A model generated the notes under the pieces. It did no database searches. It worked only from the letters and a program-made list of their open reading frames with translations, and was not told the origin of the DNA. A program made the translations under genes and the position numbers. 33,000 nt of DNA from Laetmonice hystrix (lineage: Eukaryota), in assembly GCA_965235115.1 (NCBI GenBank), contig OZ249441.1, positions 16,306,001 to 16,339,000 of the forward strand, read 5' to 3'. Position 1 is the first letter of the stretch, and every line of letters begins with the position of its first letter. Below are positions 22,798 through 33,000 of this stretch, piece after piece.

Positions 22798-23415
22798 CCG
22801 TACACCAAGAATCGAAGATGTTTAACTTCAGCATTATAGCTCGAGTAATAAAAAGCTGACTGCGATAATGGCCATGACGCTCATCCTGATACTGAAGCCA
22901 ATACCACCTGAGATTTAATGAGGCAAAGTTTATCACGCAACCTGCCATGCTGCACAAGTCAGCCTTCACCACTCCACCTGAACCAAAACTTGACGGACAC
23001 CCTCCCAATTGGTAGCTCTTACGGACCCCCGTTCATTACCCCGGCTGGGGGCAGGAGGTAATGTTACTCTACGAACTGCACCTGGTGGCGCGGCGCCGAA
23101 CTAATCAGTCTCTTGCTATATTAAGCGACAATTGGGCGAGGGTCATCCGTAATTTTACCTGATGATTTGTAAATTCATGAGCACCGGTAATGTTTTACGG
23201 ATTATGTATGCACTGACCCTGAATTACTGCTACCCCAACCCTCAATCACGTATTCCTTGGTAAAACCTGCGGAACAGAGCAAATTACCCGGACTGATGGT
23301 ACGAGAATAAAAAAAAACACTGAGGCAGCTGACGCCTGCCTTGGGGATTGGCGTATTCCAAGTATCCGAACGCTATGGGTCTTGTTAGTCTCAACGTCCC
23401 GGTATGTCCCCCACC

Positions 23416-23565
23416 AATTACAGTCTCACTATACATATGGAGTGTTCCATGCCGTATGGCGGGGCTAAACTCGGTAGGACTTTATGAGATTGAGTTGGGA
23501 GATACAGCGTTCCCTGGTGGTTGTCGGACCATCTATTTGAGACGCCCCTGGGGTACCCGAGACTG
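23416..23565 (-). mobile_element. Decayed CR1/L2-like reverse transcriptase fragment
   Basis: VPQG (23556-23545) and, in the same frame 38 codons on, EFSPAIRHGTLHMYSETVI, resembling DLPxxxxxxxLxMYADDT. Two in-frame stops. Confidence 0.4.
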
Positions 23566-26500
23566 CCGAGAAACTTGCCACCAGGAATTACACAATCTAA
23601 AATGTCTCTTTAATCTTAAACAGCGCCGTATTTTCCCGTTTATGTCTTTGTCTTGAAGCCATACATGCTAATACAGTTATGTAGTTTTCATCGGAAGTAC
23701 AACAATCCAAAAGGTACGAAAAACATAACTGTGCCAGAAAACAATCATTTTGTAAAAATTTGAATCAAATCTCCTGCATATAAGAATCTAAAATAATTCA
23801 ATTAAAACGCATGTTGTTCCTGAATAATGTTTTATGGCGTACTGTCTTTTCGATAATATGATTTATTTGCCGATTAAAGTGATTAATGCGACCCTCTCGT
23901 TCAGGTAAACGATGTAGCTATCATACAGTGGTACTTAATCTGTGTATAGCATGGTCACTCTATACAAATAGCCTGAATACTTTTGTGGATCATCCTAGCT
24001 TACTGCACGGACTGGCAGTAAGAAAGTAAGAAAGAAACATTAGTAAGAACAACATTCAATACGACTGCATATTGACACGCAACGGAAACTGAAGACCCTG
24101 CAAGTTTGCTTTGCTTGCTGAGTTAGAGACCATAGTTAAATATGACCTTTGTCTACGACGGTCGTCAAAGTTAGGCCCCACCTGAGACGAGGGATGATTC
24201 CAGCTGCTTCAGCTTGGCCTGAATGTGTTTATCCTGCCGTGCCGCCAGTATCAGTCGGGGTAGAGAAAGGCACAGACCCTCACTCAAGTTACCGTCGATC
24301 CAAAGATCTTCCATTAGGCGGTACGACTAACAAAGGGTTACATCTTTTTGTGACTTTCCATCCTCAAAGGAGTCATGTTTCAGGTGATGTCAGAACAAAA
24401 ATTCCTGTCTCTCTGATTGCAAAAATCAGGTTAGCGGTAGTTTGTTTGGATGGATCATCGCTAGATCGCTAGTAAAAACTAGCTTCGGGGTTTGGGGGGA
24501 GATTTGTTATGTTGTCAAACCTTTCCAACACGGAAATAAATATTACGGAGGAGGTCTGCTCAGTGGGTCCTCGCTGTCTGGCCAAACTAATATTTATGTC
24601 AGCTTTCGTGTCGTCGGAGCAGATGAGGAAAAGATGTCAGGAACCCATGTCTATTGTCTTAGACCGAAAAAAAAATCATAATTATTTTTCCAGACAGTTC
24701 CAGGTACGTCACGCACGAGACATAATGTGTCAGTTCGCTGGAGCCAGGCTCCGTCGTCCGACGTCCTGACGATGGAGACGATGGCATGCTCAATCCATGC
24801 TTTACGTATGGAAATCTACTAAAAGGGCCCTGAGGCATGGTCAGATTAGTGCTTTCATCTTGTTCATGTTAGGTCACTATATTCGAACAAAACATTAACA
24901 TGGGGCATCGCTCTTCAAAATTGTTTTTACTCTTATATGTTCTGCCCTTCAGCTAAATCCTTTACATTTAAAAGCTTTTGTAATCGCTTCCTGTTGAATC
25001 ATGGTCGTTCACTGCAACTGTTGAGCCTGACTTTCGAAATTAATATGCATTCTTTCTGGCATACCCTTCCCCCACAAACTTTTTGGCAAGAATCGAACAC
25101 ATGAATAGCCACTTGTGTAAGACCAAAAAGCACACAACCGCAACCAAAAATCTTGAATGAAGTCACGATAGCACAGCCCTTTTTGCTGAGACCTCCCTAT
25201 CCATCGGAAAATTTTCAAACAAGAAAATGTGGTTAGCATAATTAATTTCAGTCATTTATACCAGATCAGAATATCTTCTGGCAGCATATACCAAATTTCC
25301 CCTCATGTCAACTCAAGTATAATCAGAGCTAATCTCTGCATGTACATCCCTCTCGTCTCGCCGTCAATATTAGGTTGGATGCTATTAATTATGAAGGCCA
25401 ACGTCTGTCATAGCGAAGAGATGAACTGTGCGTGTAAGGTAGCATGGCCATCTTACTGTGAGTAATATATGACTGATTAATCTGTCAGCATCATTAGGTA
25501 CAAGACCCTCTAATTAAGCCGGTTTGGAAGTAAGCTGATGCGTAGCATTTTCTAAATGTGTACACAGTCCTCTCTGATTAAATCCCTTTTTAGATACGTC
25601 GCAATACGCGGTCTGTCCCATGAGTTTCTCTACGGTTTGGTTCTGCTCAAAGTCACGTTGAAACGGCAGCAGATATTTTATCCCAAAGTTCAAAACACGA
25701 GGTATATTTATGTAGCCGCTGGCAAATATGATCAGCCGACTGCACAATGTCCAGCAAAACTCCCTTGCTCTGCTGCACGAGACACAACGCCATGACTGTT
25801 TTAGATATTTGAATGACAAAATTAGCATAAGGTTTAACGTAGTATATAATAGACATCTACATGGCTTCAATAGACCAATCCTTGAATCACATTGTAGCCT
25901 ACCTCAATATTAAGAAAAGATAGCCATCTTAGAATAATCTGTCAACGATGATGTTAGACGGTTAGACTAGGATGGACCTAAACAGTACAAAGTACCTATA
26001 GTGAATGGCACAGTCTGGCAATCTGAAAGGAGTTGGCGGAGGCAGACTCACATTAAATTAATGATACTGAAATTTGCAAATCAAATTCCGTAGAGCGATC
26101 AGCATAAACAACGACACCAATCTAAAAAATGTATCGGCAGACATAAGAAGCCAAAAAAAAATGCAATCGTAATATACAGGACTGCATACCGATGATTATA
26201 TAGCGGTAGGACGCAGTTGCTTAAACCTCCCCCCACCCCACCCCGGCAAACACCCCGGCCCCTTGCCTATAATTTTCCTAATGGGAGAATTCCAGACTAT
26301 TGGGTAGTCTGGTGCCTCATCGCTGTCCGTCATGCATACAGGAAATGGCGTAGTCTTCCACAGTCATGCAGGTCTGAATGAGACAGCTGACCACGTCAGT
26401 CATTGTAACAGATGCTCCCAGCCGGCCGGTATAAAGTAGCCAGCATACACGCTCAGGGACCGGCCATACTTCAGCCCAGCCCTAAGTATGTCTTTCAGTC

Positions 26501-26684
26501 TCACGCATCATCACAAACAGTTTTAACAACGTTCGGGCAATCTCTTCCGCCTCCTAGCCTCTTCCTCCACACCAATGAATCACTCGTTGGAACGGTTATT
26601 GTTCTCAGCCTCCTCATGTAGTTTACGCTACGTTACATCTTTTTAATTACTACTAAATATCATCGCTCATTTGAATGAAAATGT

Positions 26685-26880
26685 AACATTATCTATCCAA
26701 GCTGAGGATGTTCTAGTTGAGGACAATCAAAATGTAGGAACACTGTCTGAACACGTCGGTCATAGTTCCTTCATACCAAGATTTCACTGCGCTTATCGAT
26801 TTTGAAGCCTTTGACAGGGAGCAGCAGCTAAAGCCTATTATTTTCGGAGTTGAAGTCCCCCTTTAAGATTATACCTATGG
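26685..26880 (-). mobile_element. Decayed LINE AP-endonuclease fragment
   Basis: IGIILKGDFNS (GDFN at 26860-26849) followed, after a frameshift, by VPTF*LSSTRTSSAWIDNV, in the expected GDFN - PT - ID order. Confidence 0.55.
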
Positions 26881-28169
26881 TGGCTGTAGCTGTCTGTGAT
26901 TTGTCACGCTGACTTGCAAGCTGTACGGATCCGTGTAAGACTACACCATGTAACGGCTCGGCTGTATTCCCCGCACACAGACGGCAGATTGGAAGGTGAC
27001 GTGTAGGTGAGATACCGTTACTTTGTGATGTACCTACAGTATACAATGGTCTGATTAGGCTGGTTGTTATGGGTTCTACGACCCTCCAACGTCAGGTAGA
27101 CTATTCGACGGAAAGTCAGGCTCGTGTTTATAGTGCTATCGTATCTCCTTATAAACAGCTAATTTACGTCAGTATCGACAGCACTGGATTACAGAACGAA
27201 TCAGGGTGTATACGAGTCGGGCAAACTCTTCTTCAACAGCACTACATCTCAAACGTCCATGGCACTTCTAATTTTATAAGTAAGAAGCCAGGGGATGAAC
27301 TGGCTGCCAATGTAGCTTTACAGGCAATATTAAGAGCATTATCGACAAGACATCTTTGGTTATGGATGATAATGATGTATCATATGAGAAGCTACGTTCA
27401 CAGTGTGTATTACAGCGCAGTCTAATTATCTGTAGGCTACAGTCGAATCAAGTCTCATTACACGACGCATACATTCACCACAAGCCAATAAAGCTCTTCA
27501 TTAAAAAACGAACAGATCTGGTACATCCACAAACTCGTGAATGCACGACTTCCGCTCAAGACGACGTCTCCCAGCTGCATGTTAACGTTCGTTAATAAAT
27601 CCAACTCAACCATTGAGGCAAATGAACCACAGTCAGCAATATCAGATACGTTGGTCCCCGCCTTTACAAATGTTGTCATGAAGAGAACTTAATTTGCAGC
27701 TAAAAAGGGCAGGATTTAGACGGTCCAATGCATGTTTCCTAATACAATGCATCAGGTGCGACAAAAAGGTCTTTTTAAATTTTCCTTTCTTTCAAATTTA
27801 GATCCGAACGACAGTTAAATACTTTAGGTATTTATAAAGTTCATAGTATAAAACCTTGCTTTGGAATGTCAAAATTTATCTCCACTATCCCCTCAAAAAA
27901 GTCACATACTGATACAATTCCCTAACTGTGCAACCGTCAACCTTTAAGTATTTGCGTGGCGAAACCTTGGCGTTTTAAAGAGATTCATGACTAAATAATA
28001 AAGGTAAGTAAAAAAGGTAAATGAAGTGCGGCAAAGAGCGACAGTAATAGGTTCAGTTGACATAAGTAAGATTCAATCTTGACAGATTAATGCAAACGCT
28101 TAATTAGGTAATCAACAACATAACATTCAGAATTAAACCTCTGACTTAACAGACTCCATCTAAAAGCTG

Positions 28170-28700
28170 TTGAGATTTGTCTCAGCGTGGGACACAATCA
28201 GCCAATGTAATCATAGGTTTGGTTGGCCAAGCGTAGCACATCATCAAAGTTTATCATTGCTAAACAGCCCGGAGGTAAACAATACGGACAAAGCCCATTG
28301 CACAGCTTATACGGTCCAACACAGATACACAGAGCTTTAAACAAATAAAGCAATAGCCTTTGGACAAAAGCACAATTCGTTCTCTGATATGGCGCATTAT
28401 TTACCTTGCTAACAGTGTTCTCTGGGCTCAACGCAACATCTTAATGTGCTAGTGTTGGATGTATAAACTGTTTTCTGTGGCTACTTTCTGCCTGTGTGCA
28501 GTGGGGCCGGTGTGTAAGTACTTTATCCTCTTAGAGTAATTAGCAGTTCCTCACATTGTGTTAAGTTCTAAGCTTCATCCCCGACCACACGTAAACAATT
28601 CTATCATTTCAATGTCCTTGATCCTCCGTACCGATAACACACCTGACTACAGTCTCCTACACAAACTGTTACAAGCTTGGAGTAGTCCTATCATATCAGA
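28170..28700 (-). mobile_element. Possible decayed LINE RT fragment
   Basis: DYSKLVTV (resembles DxSKAFDxV) upstream of INFDDVLRLA (resembles FADDxxLxA). Many stops and frameshifts. Confidence 0.22.
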
Positions 28701-29170
28701 GGTTCGCAATCCACCCGCAGCAGTAGTAATTGCCATTCGCACAAACTACCTGCCTTACAACAGCTACTTATTTTCAATGATGTCATAAAGTTTATGATGT
28801 TCGCTTAAGTAGAGAGTACCGGTCTGTCTGTGTTGATGACTCCCTCCCCATCCCTTCACCAGCACGCTCAAATAACCAGCTGTTCGATAAATTCTATAAC
28901 TGAGAATATATTCATTACCACAACACTTACATCAGGAAATGACTTAGTACATGTCCTAAATCCTGATTCATGTCCTCTTTCATGAAACCCATAAAGAGAA
29001 CACCTGAGACTGGTTGGATTTTCGAAGGTCCGAGAAGAAGGGCGCATTAACAAATTGCATATCCCGTTTAGCAATCAAACGTTGGGAATCTGAAAAGGTT
29101 TAATTGATAAATTATATGATAAAGAGTAATAAAGTCAACAGTTTTTTTTCACGTTTCAAATAATGAAATC

Positions 29171-29200
29171 AGTATAACTTGACAATGCACAAGTTATACT
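29171..29200. other. Perfect 11-bp inverted repeat with 8-nt spacer
   Basis: AGTATAACTTG-ACAATGCA-CAAGTTATACT. Confidence 0.9.
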
Positions 29201-29820
29201 TCACACACTACAGCGAGAAACGAGTCCGCGGAAGTGCACAGTGTTAGGAGTTGCAGTGCCAGTTTTTGAAGAACACTCCAAGGTTGGTATTAAACTGAAG
29301 CCGGACAGATGGTTGTCCCGGTAACGAGGCCTATCTCTTCCTGGTCTCTACCTACACCTCGGTACCCCACTCACCCACACAAACTGCTGACCCAGCATCC
29401 CTTCCTGAGAGCCAAAGTATAATGCTACTGATTCTTCATCTTAAACCGACTCGGTTGCCTCCAGCTCCTCCAAATTTTGAGTCTTCCAGCTTTCTAAATG
29501 GAAATGCCGTGTTTTTTCTGTTCCATTAGTTTTTTTTCTGTAAAGGTGAAGCAACAACACCTGTCCTCACGCAAAGCCGTTTAACATGACTAATATTGAT
29601 TCATGCAAAAATCTTTGTGAGAAAGACGTCACGCTTCTGGCAGGAAACATCAGAAGTATTTTCGGCAAGAGGACGAAAATACTATCGCGCGAATGACTGA
29701 AAATTCTCTACCACTGACAAGAGTTAATGAAAAACGATATTTTTGAAGAAGAAAAAACAAGGGCAACAATGGCTTAGTATTCCAGCTGCAGTGAGAAGAA
29801 TTGCCCTAGCAGTGACGCCC

Positions 29821-29830
29821 TATATATAAA
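29821..29830 (+). promoter_or_regulatory. Candidate TATA box
   Basis: TATATATAAA in GC-richer flanks (gtgacgccc...gtgccg). No downstream exon was identified. Confidence 0.2.
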
Positions 29831-29847
29831 GTGCCGTATCAACTACT

Positions 29848-29892
29848 CCAGCCAGCCAGCCAGCCAACCAGCCAGCCAGCCAGCCAGCCAGC
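29848..29892. repeat. (CCAG)n microsatellite, about 11 units
   Basis: One CCAA interruption. Confidence 0.95.
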
Positions 29893-30028
29893 AGACGGTC
29901 GGCTAAATTTTGACACTATAAGTTATATTGTAGACAAAAGTTGGAATACATTATGCGATATATTTGAAAAACGTTATGCTTACATTAAAAACACCGTATT
30001 TATGTCTACGTTTAATGTATTGGGGCCA

Positions 30029-30439
30029 ACATTACCCGTGGTAGTTATTGACCTTGCCTGACTAGGAAACTGTCTCTATAGTACATTACCCGTGGTGGTT
30101 ATTGACCTTGCCTGACTAGGAAACTGTCTCTATAGTACATTACCCGTGGTAGTTATGACCTTGCCTGACTAGGAAACTGTCTCTATAGTACATTACCCGT
30201 GGTGGTTATTGACCTTGCCTGACTAGGAAACTGTCTCTATAGTACATTACCCGTGGTGGTTATTGACCTTGCCTGACTAGGAAACTGTCTCTATAGTACA
30301 TTACCCGTGGTGGTTATTGACCTTGCCTGACTAGGAAACTGTCTCTATAGTACATTACCCGTGGTGGTTATTGACCTTGTCTGACTAGGAAACTGTCTCT
30401 ATAGTACATTACCCGTGGTGGTTATTGACCTTGCCTGAC
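30029..30439. repeat. 54-bp minisatellite, about 7.6 units
   Basis: ACATTACCCGTGGTGGTTATTGACCTTGCCTGACTAGGAAACTGTCTCTATAGT; anchors at 30029, 30083, 30137, 30190, 30244, 30298, 30352 and 30406. Confidence 0.98.
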
Positions 30440-30910
30440 CATAGTAGGCAGCCTCAGAGTTCCCTGATTACCCATGGCACACACCTGAAAGTTTCATAGT
30501 CACAAGACGCCTACTTACAAAGTGCCACACCATTGCGGGTGCTCACCTTAACTAAACACTTTACATGTAACCATATGTGAACTCTATGTCTATTGCTCGA
30601 CAGTAAATTTGATCTCCAATGTCTCAGATTCTGCGAATCAACAGCCATATTGTCATATTTTCTGGCATACACGCACTGAGCTGATACACTCCCCGGATAT
30701 CATGTGTTTACATAAGACTTCCAGATGAAGCCACACAACCCCAAAGTACGCTTTATATGACGAGGTGACCATAAGCCCACTGCATTCAAAGTACCTAAGT
30801 TTTGGTCAAGGATCAGGACCCACTGGTTCAGGATGTTATACATGAACTTCTGTATATAGTGGGTCTGTTGTATGTGGAACCTTTTGTATTGGAAAACAAA
30901 ATGAGTCTGA

Positions 30911-30938
30911 AATAAAGTATTACATTACATTACATTAC
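30911..30938 (+). mobile_element. Probable LINE/SINE 3' tail: AATAAA followed by (ATTAC)4
   Basis: aataaagtattacattacattacattac. L2/CR1-group elements typically end in short tandem-repeat tails. Confidence 0.35.
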
Positions 30939-30968
30939 CTACAGGTACAAAAATATAACCCCACACCT

Positions 30969-31763
30969 GTCCAGCCCCTGACTAAGCAGTACCCGGACAT
31001 AATACGGATACAGATATTATACAGACAACGTTACTAAGTCCAGTAGACACTCAAAGGTCCAGCCCCTGACTATGCAGTACCCGGACATAATACGGATACA
31101 GATATTATACAGACAACGTTACTAAGTCCAGTAGACACTCAAAGGTCCAGCCCCTGACTATGCAGTACCCGGATATAATACGGATACAGATATTATACAG
31201 ACAACGTTACTAAGTCCAGTAGACACTCAAAGGTACAACCCCTGACTATGCAGTACCCGGACATAATACGGATACAGATATTATACAGACAACGTTACTA
31301 AGTCCAGTAGACACTCAAAGGTCCAGCCCCTGACTATGCAGTACCCGGACATAATACGGATACAGATATTATACAGACAACGTTACTAAGTCCAGTAGAC
31401 ACTCAAAGGTACAACCCCTGACTATGCAGTACCCGGACATAATACGGATACAGATATTATACAGACAACGTTACTAAGTCCAGTAGACATTCAAAGGTCC
31501 AGCTCCTGACTATGCAGTACGCGGACATAATACGGAGACAGATATTATACAGACAACGTTACTAAGTCCAGTAGACATTCAAAGGTCCAGCTCCTGACTA
31601 TGCAGTACGCGGACATAATACGAGTACAGATATTATACAGACAACGTTACTAAGTCCAGTAGACACCCAAAGGTCCAGCCCCTGACTATGCAGTATCCGG
31701 ACATAATGCGGATGCAGATATTATACAGACAATGTTACTAAGTCCAGTAGACACTCAAAGGTC
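30969..31763. repeat. 88-bp minisatellite, 9 units
   Basis: Units start every 88 bp from 30968 to 31672; consensus GGTCCAGCCCCTGACTATGCAGTACCCGGACATAATACGGATACAGATATTATACAGACAACGTTACTAAGTCCAGTAGACACTCAAA. Confidence 0.98.
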
Positions 31764-32454
31764 GGACAAATGTCAAAATACCATAATCGCACAAAGACGG
31801 GAGCTTATCGTGCTAAATTTGGACGACGTTTCTAAGTTGTGTCTGAATTGACCCTACATGACCCATGTTACAAAGGCCAAGAGCATCTAAAGATCAGAGC
31901 ACTGGTCACTCCCTCAGACAGGCGGAAATGCCAAAAAAATGGAGCGAAGTGTTTTATAATTACATGCTTAAATGTGCAAAAGCTGCTTTAATCGTGCTCT
32001 TGCAAGGGTGCACAGGAAACCCTTTATAGGCCTGGGGCAAAGGTCAAAAGTCGAATTTAGATAAATAAAAGAGCGGAGGCGAAGGTGGCCATCCTTTGTC
32101 GTCAAACTTAATTTAACAAAGGAAATTAGAGTCTACAATACAGATGAAGTTAGCAGGCAAAGTCCGTTATGTGAACCGACCAAGGAGACTCCAGGAACAG
32201 TGCAGCGCCTTCCCACTGCACACTCCCTTACTGTATCCGGTGGTGTGGTCAGGAGCCAATGGTACATACACAACCAATAAAATATCCACCAGTCTGAATC
32301 CCAGTAAGTTACAGGTGTAAGGTTTCTGTGACTGTCAGTTGGGGTATGCTTGGGTAGCGTTACACCAACAGAGTCGTGCCTTAAAGGGTAGCCAGCAATC
32401 GGTGCTCAGCACAGCGCCACATGACAAGGGTAGTGCTCCCACCGGCTGCACGTT

Positions 32455-32509
32455 GTGTACACGTATTCAACAGTGCTGTCAGTGTACACGTATTCAACAG
32501 TGCTGTCAG
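32455..32509. repeat. 27-bp tandem duplication
   Basis: GTGTACACGTATTCAACAGTGCTGTCA twice (32455 and 32482). Confidence 0.92.
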
Positions 32510-33000
32510 ATTATAGTATACGGGCCTTTCTATAAACCTGACGTTTACGTGACCCCCTCATCGCGTAATTGGACCGTGGCTTCCTAATGGGGAGCCATCC
32601 TTTCACTTAGATGCTTCATCTTCGACTTAATACCGTTGAGGATGTGTTGGTTGGTGTTAATTCGATCCTCTGTGAGACTGTTGGATGGGTAAGGCCGGTG
32701 GTGAATACCCTTACAAGACGGGTGGCCACAGCAGCTGCTGTTATAGCAGCTGAGAGCACGGACAACAACCCATCAGCGTGCCAATTGTAAACACATACCA
32801 CTGCTGTGAAGTTGTTCAACACTGCAGTTTACAAACTATCTAACATTGAACGGGTACATTTACTGCCCCCATGTAAACTGTGGCAACGTAAATTTTCCCA
32901 CACTCATCACTCACTGACACTTGGAGACTTTGCCCCCATTTTTCAAACAAGAAATCTTTTAGAAACCGTTTTTACCTTTCAAACGATCACACATTTCGTT

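Noticed and set aside
24149-26000. Several 60-118 aa ORFs with faint RT-like words (SDDTK, RIGLLK)
   Set aside because: Motifs are too short and out of order to distinguish from chance.
1-33000. tRNA, 5S, snRNA or tRNA-derived SINE
   Set aside because: GGTTCGA occurs near 11741 and 14542 but without a complete B box, A box or cloverleaf; no rRNA or snRNA consensus was recognised.

Overview
Eukaryotic (animal-type) non-coding DNA, most consistent with an intergenic or long intronic region of a repeat-rich invertebrate genome. The species cannot be determined from the sequence. I found no intact, recognisable protein-coding gene, tRNA, rRNA or CRISPR array, and the long ORFs in the track are mostly tandem-repeat artefacts. 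About one fifth of the window is seven unrelated tandem arrays (27/20, 57, 132, 47, 29, 54 and 88 bp units) plus microsatellites. There are three inverted-repeat (MITE/foldback) elements between 20.7 and 22.5 kb. Several heavily decayed non-LTR retrotransposon fragments were recognised by eye only (endonuclease- and RT-like motifs). Also present are a GC-rich promoter-like start, CRE/E-box clusters, two diverged local duplications and a lox-like palindrome. I could not support a new multi-gene biological system; the findings are modest leads.
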